DNA of 43,793 bases, taken from NCBI GenBank assembly GCA_030141605.1, contig JAQGDQ010000356.1, positions 1-43,793 on the forward strand, given 5' to 3'. Positions 11,853 to 23,900 of this stretch are shown here, one piece after another. This DNA comes from Tubiluchus corallicola (lineage: Eukaryota > Animalia > Priapulida). Under the pieces are notes generated by a model. The model worked only from the letters and a program-made list of their open reading frames with translations, did no database searches and was not told the origin of the DNA. The translations under genes and the position numbers were made by a program. Within the stretch, counting starts at the first letter, position 1; each line of letters begins with the position of its first letter.

Positions 11853-14800
11853 AGCGAAACTAATATATACGATAATAAAAACATGTAAGTTGTGAAGAGT
11901 GTGGGTATAATGGGATCATTGACATTCCAGTAGAAGAAACATGTACATTCTGATCATCTTAATATTGACAGTCATTGTTTTAAATACCTTCCATATTGTG
12001 GTAGTTAGATAGCATAGCTGTTTGTTAAATAGGTTAGATGCACGAGCGCATTACTTTGTCGTATATTAGCATTTTGTAATTGCTGCTTCTAATATTGTTT
12101 TAACTAATTATTTTTTCATTTGATCTAAATGTGTTTTAATTAAACAAACTGTTGCGAATGTTCACGCTGAAAGCATCGGTAAGTAGATTTTATGTGTGCG
12201 TGTTTGTGTGCATGCATGTGTGCGTGTATGTGTGCGCATGTGCACTGCAGATGCAATTACTTAAGTAATATTTTGAATTGACATAAATATAATGCTTTGC
12301 AATGTAGGGATTGTCTACATAGTAATTGAGTTTTTTTAGACGAACACTTGTAAAAAATTTGTATGTAGCTCTATGTAAATGAAACATACAATGTGGTCGT
12401 TTCTTCTCCTCTTTTCCTTCTTCCTATACCTAATCTTACTATTTTTCTCCATTCCATCATGTCTACTAACCCTAACCATTCTTTCATTCACTCATTTGTG
12501 CCACCTTAACAGGCCAAGCTTTCAATGTGTCATACAGCAACTCTTTTATTTGGTTAATTTGACTTCATCAACGTTTTTTTACCTATACTATTTTTTGTTT
12601 CAATAATATTGTATGTTGATGTATTGTATATGCATTGCTGGAGTGAAATAAATTGATTGATTGATTGATTGATTGATTGACTTTTCAAAATTAACCCTAT
12701 ACTCTTCGTTGCTCTACGATGTTTACGCTCGTAAAGTCACAAAGATTTCTGCTGCTGTAACAATGGCATAACAGCTGATGGGTATGAAGTTTTAAAGTTA
12801 ACTGTGTTTATTTACATATTTTAGACTGATGGGTATGAAGGCACTCGCGGACGTTATCTTAACATATTAACTGAAAGTGGAGAAATGCTGCATAGTTGTG
12901 TGTTGCCATCAGACCTCCTGGTGGAGATATTAGCTGATAGACTTCAGGTGGGAGTTGTTCTTTAATATTTCAACTCGTTCAATGATTTCACTTTGGTTAG
13001 ATCTGCTAGAAGCTGTAAGCTATTAAAACACCCATTCTTACTTTAAGACTGAAGTACATGGATCATTCTTCATGTAGTTGCTTGCAAGCTGTAAGCTATT
13101 AAAACAACTGTTCTTACTTTAAGATTTAAGTACATGGATCATTCTTCATGTATTTTCTTGCAAGCTATAAGCTATTAAAACAACTGTTCTTACTTTAAGA
13201 TTTAAGTACATGGATCATTCTTCATGTATTTTCTTGCAAGCTATAAGCTATTAAAACAACTGTTCTTACTTTAAGATTTAAGTACAGCGACCATTCTTCA
13301 TGTAGTTGCTTGCAAGCTATAAGCTATTAAAACAACTGTTCTTACTTTAAGATTTAAGTACATGGATCATTCTTCATGTATTTGCTTGCAAGCTATAAGC
13401 TATTAAAACAACTGTTCTTACTTTAAGATTTAAGTACAGCGACCATTCTTCATGTAGTTGCTTGCAAGCTATAAGCTATTAAAACAACTGTTCTTACTTT
13501 AAGATTTAAGTACAGCGACCATTCTTCATGTATTTGCTTGCAAGCTGTAAGCTATTAAAACAACTGTTCTTACTTTAAGATTTAAGTACAGCGACCATTC
13601 TTCATGTATTTGCTTGCAAGCTGTAAGCTATTAAAACAACTGTTCTTACTTTAAGATTTAAGTACAGCGACCATTCTTCATGTATTTGCTTGCAAGCTGT
13701 AAGCTATTAAAACAACAGTTCTTACTTTAAGACTGAAGTACATGGATCGTTCTTCATGTACTTGCTTGCAAACTATAAGTTATTAAAACAACAGTTCTTA
13801 CTTTAAGACTGAAGTACATGGATCGTTCTTCATGTACTTGCTTGCAAACTATAAGCTATTAAAACAACAGTTCTTACTTTAAGACTCAAGTACAGGGATC
13901 ATTCTTCATGTATTTGCTTGCAAACTATAAGCTATTAAAACAACAGTAAATGTTTCATAGTATCTGTTGTTTTTATAGAAGCCGGACTGTTACAAGGGTG
14001 TAGTAATTGATGGAGTAAACACGTTATTTACATCAAATCCTATAGATGCGACGGCAGCCATACTGAAGTGTTTCAACAACAGAAAACACATCTATTTCAT
14101 CAACTTGGTGTACCCTTTGCAGAAATATAAAGAAAAATTACTTGCGGAGAAAAATAAAGCAGGTAACTGTGAAGTCTTCTCGTTTCCTTAGGGCAAGAAA
14201 AGTAATAAAATCATTTTGGCATTTGCATTGCAGTCAAAATTAAGCAACAGTGAGCATGGTTAGTAGATGTAGGAGAGTGATAACTAGAAAAAAATGTTTC
14301 TTACACTGTCATTAGCCCTTCCCCTTGTTGGCAGAGTCAAACACAACTCAGGAATCCCTGCTGGTTCAGTGTCTCATCATGCAGGACCATCATTAGTGGA
14401 TCATCATAGTGAATCATCATGGTTGATCATCACTCCAAGTTTGCCACAACCATTTACCTTGAGTGTAGGCCTTACTGCAGTTGTACTTTGCTTCGTAGTG
14501 TGTTAAACTGTGAAACTTACTTCATAATGAAGTAAACTCCAAGTTTGCCACAACCATTTACCTTGAGTGTAGGCCTTACTGCAGTTGTTCTTTGCTTCGT
14601 AGTGGGTTAAACTGTAAAACTTACTTCATAATGAAGTAAACTCCAAGTTTGCCACATCCATTTACCTTGAGTGTAGGCCTTACTGCAGTTGTTCTTTGCT
14701 TCGTAGTGTGTTAAACTGTAAAACTTACTTCATAATGAAGTAAACTCCAAGTTTGCCACATCCGTTTACCTTGAGTGTAGGCATTACTGCAGTTGTACTT

Positions 14801-17800
14801 TGCTTCGTAGTGGGTTAAACTGTAAAACTTATTTACGCCATTTTGTCTTCCATAATAAACCTTTTCACAGTTCCAGCGATTGATGATGATCGTGAAAAGG
14901 TCAAAGGTTAAGTGTACCAGACAATGCATTTGTTTACCCTTGACAACACCTTGCAGCTCATGCTGTTGTAATAATGAGAGTTTTAACAGCTAGCTACAAC
15001 CTTACCTAGCTCATTCTCTCATTTTTCTTGTTCCCAAGCAAGATTGTGCTAGTAAATCACTCTAAGCACAGACTAATGCATAACTAAGTAAAGTGTACGT
15101 AAGACAATTGAAGTTACTGAACTGATGCAGCAGACAGCTTTGCTTTACACATGTGACGGTTGTAGTTAAGACATGTTGCTGTAGTACACTTAATCTTTGA
15201 CTACAGCAACTGAGCGTGCACACGACGAAACTGTGAAATACTTTTTCTGTCGCTAGATGTATCAAAGCCCGCCAATATTTCTTTGTTTTTGTTCACTTTG
15301 TTTTTCTTTTTCTTTATACAAGATGCATCCAGCAGGTTGCCTGACTCTAGGATGCTTTACTACTGCTTTGGGATAGACGTTGATTCAAATTATGCTGCTA
15401 ACGGATATATTTTATCCATTTGAATTTATAAGAACTTAGTGAGCGCAGCGTCTCTATGATGTCCATATTGGTCAATAAGATTTGTTTGAAGTTACTGTTG
15501 AAAAAACTGAAGAAGTTGCCGTTACAGTTATAACTTCAAATCGTTGTCATCTTAGACAAGTAACTAGTTACTTTATGACTGCGTTTTTACAGTTATTTTT
15601 ACCAGATCTTCGCACTTTGAACACTAGCATTGATTATTATAACATAAAGTTCCCCGGGGATGTTTCTATGTGGAATACACCAACAACAGTGAAACACTTT
15701 GTTTTACAAGTGATTATAATCTTTAACTCAATTTTGAGCAAAGTGCTCTTTTAAGCATTTAGTCTTATAAACTATTTACAGTGTGTTACATTAACATAAT
15801 TTATAAATTGTCATATTTCACCAGTAACGTTCATTAATTCATTAGTAAATAGTCCGCAGCAGTTTTTTTTAATGATTAATCAATTTTTATTCTCACTATT
15901 TTGTTACTATGTTACTAATGTTACTAGTGTAAATGTTACTATTGCAGCGGGAGAAAAATCTAAAGAAGAAGAAGAAGCCAAACGCAAAGCTCAGTTATTC
16001 CTAGATGAACTTAGTGAAGATGAATATGATCAAATGAGACCAGAAGACAGAGATGCTTTTCACGAAAAACTATTAGGACCAAGGAGAGAAAAGATGGCAA
16101 AGAAGAGGCAAATTCTAGAAGAGAAGCTCAAAGAGCAATTTCTCTTACAACAGAAACTGCTAGATGAGAAGTATATTTATTTTTTTTGATACGATTTATT
16201 AATTACAGTACTAAAACTTGCAATCATAAATCAAAGAAAATTGTTTTTTTGGGTAATATTTGTATTGAGCAACATTTTACATGAATTAAAGTTTTTCTCC
16301 TAAATTTCTACTTAGAGCTTTTCTTTTGTATTTGTTATTCTACTGTTTTCCTTTTTGATCATCTGTCATTAAATTTAGTTTTGTTTTTGTGTGCCTTTTT
16401 GTCAGAATAAGCCTTTTCGTAGTGTGCACACTCGCAGTTACTTTAGGTCAAAAGATAAGTTTCGTTGTGCACACACGCAGTTGCTTTAGGTCAAAAGATA
16501 AGTTTCGTTGTGCACACTCGCAGTTGCTTTAGGTCAAAAGATAAGTTTCGTTGTGCACACGCGCAGTTGCTTTAGGTCAAAAGTTAAGTTTCAGTTTCGT
16601 TGTGCACACACGCAGTTGCTTTAGGTCAAAAGTTAAGTTTCGTTGTGCACACATGCAGTTGCTTTAGGTCAAAAGTTAAGTTTCGTTGTGCGCACGAGCA
16701 GTTGCTGTAGGTCATATGTTAAGTGCATCACAGCAACGTGCCTTAACTACAACTGTCGTGTGACATGTGGATAAAGCAAAGCCATGTGCCGCATAGGTTC
16801 AGTTACTTCAGTGGTTTTGCATTAACGTTACTTAATTATGCATTAGTCTGTGCATAGAGTGATTTACTAGCAGGATCTTGCTTGGGAACAAGAAAAATGA
16901 ATTAGGTAAGGTTCTAGCTAACTGTTAAAATTGTTACTATTACAATATTATGGGCTGCGAGGCATTGTCAAGTGTACACAAATGTGTTATCTGGTACTTT
17001 CAAAACGGTCACGTATGTGTGTGTTTGCCAACCTGTTATAACTGTTATGGTACAACTATTTGTTCAAATTACTCATCTATAATTAAAGTGAAGTAAATGT
17101 TGCTCTTTTAAGTCGGCTGTGAGAAAACAAACGAACTTGGTCTTAGTTGAATTTTCTGCCATTTAGATATTCCAGACGAAAGAGGAAGCAGACTGGAACA
17201 GGATTTGATCCCGTGTCCGCTGCGACTCACAAAAAGGTCGACTCTATCTCTGTGAAAAGGTAAAACTGCTAGTTTGCTTGTCAGCATTGCAAGCCGAACT
17301 GAAGAAAAGCCAATTCGGTTTTGCATAGAAACTAGATAAAGAGAATCAAGATTTAATTACAGGAGAGTAAAATAATATGTTTAATTGACTAGGTTGAATG
17401 TAATTTATAATTAGATATTTAATCAAACAGTAATAGTAACACCTCACAGTAACAATAACATCTAGGAGTAACAGTAACACTTAACAGTAACAACGACACC
17501 TAACAGTAACAATGACATCTAACAGTAACAACGACACCTAACAGTAACAATGACATCTAACAGTAACAATGACATCTAACAGTAACAATGACACCTAACA
17601 GTAACAATGACATCTAACAGTAACAACGACACCTAACAGTAACAATGACATCTAACAGTAACAACAACACCTAACAGTAACAATGACATCTAACAGTAAC
17701 AACGACATCTAACAGTAACAACGACACCTAACAGTAACAAGAACACCTAACAGTAACAAAGACACCTAACAGTAACAAAGACATCTAACAGTAACAACAA

Positions 17801-20800
17801 CACCTAACAGTAACAATGACATCTAACAGTAACAACGACACCTAACAGTAACAACGACACCTAACAGTAACAACGACACCTAACAGTAACAAGAACACCT
17901 AACAGTAACAAAGACACCTAACAGTAACAAGAACACCTAACAGTAACAGTAACATCTAGGAGTAACAGTAACACCTAACAATAATAATAATACCTAACAG
18001 TAACAATAACATCTAACAGTAACAATAATACCTAACAATAACAACAACATGTAACAGTAACAATAATGCCTTACAGTAACAGCAACATCTTGGAGTAACA
18101 ATAACACTTAACAATAACAATGATATCTAACAGTAACAACGACACCTAACAGTAACAACATCACCTAACAGTTACAGCGACCACTAATAGTAACAACAAC
18201 ACCTAACAGTAACAACAGTAACGATAACACCAGAAACAGTAATACCTAACAATAACAACAACATGTAACAGTAACATCTAGGAGTAACAGCAACACCTAA
18301 CATTAACAATGACACCTAACAGTTACTGCGATCACTAATAGTAACAACAACACCTAACAATAACAAACTAACTTCTAACAGTAACATAGTAACATCTAAC
18401 AGTAACAACGACACCTAACAGTAACAACGACACCTGACAGTAACTACGACATTAGTGAAAGGATACTATGATGATAAAGACAGAGGCTAGCAAGGTGGGG
18501 GCAATCGCGCTCCGGCTCAAGAGTGAGAGGGCAAAATTCAATGACAGTTAATTGTTAATTGACTAATCATACATTAACAAAACAATTAACAAACGTTTTC
18601 AAACTACAACAAAATTGCCTAGTCAGAAATTATCGTAGCTGATTTAATTACTACATACAACGTACCAAAAAGACTAATGTTGTTACTTAATGGTGTGTGT
18701 GTGTGGTGTCGTGTGGTTTAGCAGATTGATAATTTTGGGAGAAACAGTTTCTCTAAATGCTGATTGTATTATTATGAAAACATCTAGTGTTCTGTATCTT
18801 TCATAATCTTTGCATATTTTAATGCTGGAGCTGAATGTTTAGGGACTGTCGTGTTATGAGCAACTAATGCCTAGAAAAGAGTTATTCTGCTGCAGTACCC
18901 GAAATTAAACTCAGGGTGATTCTTGGAAAAAATTCATTTATCTTTATCCCATCGTGTCCAAGAAGGAAAGTCTCAGAGATGCAAAAAACGCGTGCAATTT
19001 GTGGCTTCACGCATGAAACAAATGATTAAAACATTAAAAGTGTAGGGCCAGAAGTTTTTTTGCCTCCAAACGCCACAAGTACTTGGTATTTCACTGAGTA
19101 AAGATTTCCGCCATTGCAATTCGCAACATGAGTTTGCAATGATAATAATTTTTAGATTAGAGCAAACAACAGGAAGCGGATCTCCGAATACGGTAATTAC
19201 GTCTCGGTGAGGGAAAGAGACAGCACTGAGTAAAGATTTCCGCCATTGCAATTGGTAACATGAGTTTGCAATGATAATAATTTTTAGATTAGAGCAAATA
19301 CCAGGAAGCGGATCTCCGAGTACGGTAATTACGCCCTCCGTGAGGGAAAGAGACAGAGACAGACATCATCACCATCATCATGGACAACAGCTAGGCTTAC
19401 CTGCAGAAACAGATTTGATTAATATAGATTCTCAATTGATGAACAGGTAACAAAGACGTCTTTTCGTTCTACAGGTCAACTTTTCACTCACTTTACATTT
19501 TTTCTTGAAAATAATTTATTTTCACCAACTGAAACTTTTACACTTTGCTTTCAGTTGAAGTGTGTTTCTCTGAAAAAATCAAAAAGCGTTTTTTACTCAG
19601 TATTAATGTTCTGCAAAGTACCTTTTCTCGGTAAAGTGAACTTTCTGTATGAACATATAAAATATGTGTGCTTGCAAACCAAAGCCGTCCGTAAGTCAGC
19701 ATAGTTAAAACAACGTTATGATGCTTCAAAGAATGCACAAAAATAGGGTCAAATGTTAATCTTTTATAAAAACAAATGCAACATATATTGGACTTTTATA
19801 TTCTAGCATCAAATTATTATTAAAATGTTGAAAAAATACTAAAAATCTAATTTTATAACCCGGTACCCTCTTTTCTGGCTAGAAACAGGTACTAAAATTG
19901 TAAACAACTTGTATTTCATAACTCCAATTGTGGCTCATGGAAGCAGACATTTTGCTTCAAGCTTTTTCTGCTGCCAACCCCAGATCTTCTTCAGTGAGAG
20001 CCATCTACTGGATTTAAACATAACTTAAATGTGCTCTTGCAAAGTCCATAGCAACCGACGTTTGTGCGGTTGCCAAGTGTTTCGTAGAAACGCGACAAAA
20101 AACAATGGCTGACTTTACCAGTGATTTTGTCAAGATTATGTTTTTCAGTGTGCAGCCTGCATCTCAACTTCTCCGTGGATTATCTCAACTTAGAAATAGA
20201 GCGATGAACTTGGTATCGAAATTATCCTCATGAAATGGAGATTCGGGATATGTGAATAACTAGAAAAGCTTAATTGCCGACTTATGGACGATTTTGCTAT
20301 TCAGGCACGCAATTAACAGTCACTTTACAAACATCCACTTTGTAAGTCTTAAATGTTTAAGAAATGACATAAAAATTGGCTGCTTTTCATCCAGATTTGT
20401 GAATTACGAATCAAACCTAAACGATATGCTTCAAGTCGTACAAGGATGGCAAAGAGACCCTCAAGACATGGCTCCAGACTTGGGTAAAGCTACCATACAA
20501 CTGCTTGCTAAAAAAAAGAAAGATAAACTGAGAGATGTAAAAGAGGTGAGCGAGTACAGTAAACTAGTAGTAGTAGTTATTAATTTGTGACACTGTATGT
20601 GAACATTTTTGAAGCTTGTCTTCTACTTTAAACTGTCAGTTTGTTTTGTATAATAATAGTAATAGTAATAGTAATAGTAATAGTAATAGTAATAGTAATA
20701 GTAATAGTAATAGTAATAGTAATAGTAATAGTAATAGTAATAGTAATAGTAATAGTAATAGTAATAGTAATAGTAATAGTAATAGTAAAAGTAGTAATAG

Positions 20801-20843
20801 TAATAGTAATTGTAATAGTAATAATAGTAATAATAATAATAAT

Positions 20844-20896
<53 letters not shown>

Positions 20897-20926
20897 CAAC
20901 AACAACAACAACAACAACAAACAACG

Positions 20927-20959
<33 letters not shown>

Positions 20960-23900
20960 AATAATTTATTTTTTGCCTTTAGAATAACAATCATAGATAG
21001 TATCTAACAATGATTTACAAAGATTAAAGAAGGGCGGGATGGCGAAAGACCAAAAGCTCTTCTAGTCTGCCATCTCTAAATAGTGAGTCTACTAATTTCA
21101 GCATGGCGAGCAAATATTGTTAGAACAGAATAAAGATTTGAATAGGAAAACTGATCAAAATTAAATTAATAGCAAACGATTATGGTAAATAAAATTATGC
21201 AAATTTACGCATAACAAAGTGAAAACAAAATTAGTAAGTCAGAATTCTATTGGCAAAACTAACTAATTAAAAGCAAAATTAATTTGACTATGCAGTAATG
21301 ACACTTTCTAATAAGAATTTGCTTTTATCACAGCTAACAATGAGTCACATTGTGTTTTACGGCTTTGACTGATGCAAACTTATCACATGACGTCAAATCT
21401 TCCATGGTACATCTCAAATGTACTTTACTATAATTGTAGTAATAATAATAATAATATTTATTTAAAGTCGGCTCAAGGAGCTATTATTGCCGACTGTAAA
21501 TAACCTACAACTACATAACAGGGACTATTATTACCCCACTTTTACCCTAAATACCACGTGTCAGGCAGAGCAACAGCAGGTGCCATTTTTAAAGTCTTTG
21601 GTATGACCCGGCCGCTGGTTCGAACTCACGACCTCCCAGACGGAAAGCAGACGCATTACCACTAGACCAAACCGTCTGGTCTTACTTTCTAATTGAGAGC
21701 CATGTTAGCATTTTTGGCTTTGTATGAGATCAATGTCTGTGCTACAACATAGGAGTTTTCTAAGCCTCTGTTTGTTTTCAATGTTTGTTTGTACGCAGGC
21801 ATCAGTAGATGCAATGACAGCGGAGAGTTCCGAGGCACAGTGGAAAGGAATTCCCATTATCCAGGTTTTCTAATTTTCAATGTTTGTTTGTACGCAGGCA
21901 TCAGTAGACGCAATGACAACGGAGAGTTCCGAGACACGGTTGAAAGGAATTCCCATTATCCAGGTTTTCTAATTTTCAATGTTTGTTTGTACGCAGGCAT
22001 CAGTAGACGCAATGACAGCGGAGAGTTTCGAGGCACGGTTGAAAGGAATTCCCATTATCCAGGTTTTCTAATTTTCAATGTTTGTTTGTACGCAGGCATC
22101 AGTAGACGCAATGACAGCAGAGAGTTCCGAGGCACAGTTGAAAGGAATTCCCATTATCCAGGTTTTCTAATTTTCAATGTTTGTTTGTACGCAGGCATCA
22201 GTAGATGCAATGACAGCGGAGAGTTCCGAGGCACAGTGGAAAGGAATTCCCATTATCCAGGTTTTCTAATTTTCAATGTTTGTTTGTACGCAGGCATCAG
22301 TAGATGCAATGACAGCGGAGAGTTCCGAGGCACAGTTGAAAGGAATTCCCATTATCCAGGTTTTCTAATTTTCAATGTTTGTTTGTACGCAGGCATCAGT
22401 AGACGCAATGACAGCGGAAAGTTCCGAGGCACGGTTGAAAGGAATTCCCATTATCCAGGTTTTCTAATTTTCAATGTTTGTTTGTACGCAGGCATCAGTA
22501 GATGCAATGACAGCGGAGAGTTCCGAGGCACAGTGGAAAGGAATTCCCATTATCCAGGTTTTCTAATTTTCAATGTTTGTTTGTACGCAGGCATCAGTAG
22601 ACGCAATGACAGCGGAGAGTTCCGAGGCACGGTTGAAAGGAATTCCCATTATCCAGGTTTTCTAATTTTCAATGTTTGTTTGTACGCAGGCATCAGTAGA
22701 CGCAATGACAGCGGAGAGTTCCGAGGCACAGTTGAAAGGAATTCCCATTATCCAGGTTTTCTAATTTTCAATGTTTGTTTGTACGCAGGCATCAGTAGAC
22801 GCAATGACAGCGGAAAGTTCCGAGGCACGGTTGAAAGGAATTCCCATTATCCAGGTTTTCTAATTTTCAATGTTTGTTTGTACGCAGGCATCAGTAGACG
22901 CAATGACAGCGGAAAGTTCCGAGGCACGGTTGAAAGGAATTCCCATTATCCAGGTTTTCTAATTTTCAATGTTTGTTTGTACGCAGGCATCAGTAGATGC
23001 AATGACAGCGGAGAGTTCCGAGGCACAGTGGAAAGGAATTCCCATTATCCAGGTTTTCTAATTTTCAATGTTTGTTTGTACGCAGGCATCAGTAGACGCA
23101 ATGACAACGGAGAGTTCCGAGACACGGTTGAAAGGAATTCCCATTATCCAGGTTTTCTAATTTTCAATGTTTGTTTGTACGCAGGCATCAGTAGACGCAA
23201 TGACAGCGGAGAGTTCCGAGGCACGGTTGAAAGGAATTCCCATTATCCAGGTTTTCTAATTTTCAATGTTTGTTTGTACGCAGGCATCAGTAGACGCAAT
23301 GACAGCGGAGAGTTCCGAGACACGGTTGAAAGGAATTCCCATTATCCAGGTTTTCTAATTTTCAATGTTTGTTTGTACGCAGGCATCAGTAGACGCAATG
23401 ACAGCGGAAAGTTCCGAGACACGGTTGAAAGGAATTCCCATTATCCAGGTTTTCTAATTTTCAATGTTTGTTTGTACGCAGGCATCAGTAGACGCAATGA
23501 CAGCGGAAAGTTCCGAGGCACGGTTGAAAGGAATTCCCATTATCCAGGTGGATGTTGATGAAGAAGTGGACATGAAAAACATTGATTTAGTTTTGGAAAC
23601 TTATCTATTGCCATCACCGGAAGAGGTAATCTAAAGCGATTGTTTTATGCAAATGTGTGATTCTACTGGGAATCAAGTCTTATGAGTAGCACCTGTTTTG
23701 TTTGTAAAACTATACAATTCTAATAAAGTTTTGGAATCATCGAAAAAAGTTTTCACGGTTCCAGCGATTGATGATGATCGTGAAAAGGTCAAAGGTTAAG
23801 TGCACCAGACAGCACATTTGTGTACACTTGACAATGCCTCACAGCCCAAGCTATTTAAATAGTAACAGTTTTAGCAGCTAGCTAGAACCTTACCTAGTTC

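Noticed and set aside
13010-13947. Relationship between the two 76-bp arrays, and two arrays both having 32 copies
   Set aside because: No sequence similarity between the units; treated as coincidence.
20616-20987. Poly-L/I/N ORFs
   Set aside because: Microsatellite translations.
21600-21680. tRNA gene
   Set aside because: It has A and B boxes but no convincing acceptor stem, and it continues into a SINE body and tail.
21789-23558. 589-aa ORF of 33-aa repeats
   Set aside because: A chance stop-free frame of the 99-bp array. It is not the HYDIN frame and has no ATG start or gene context.
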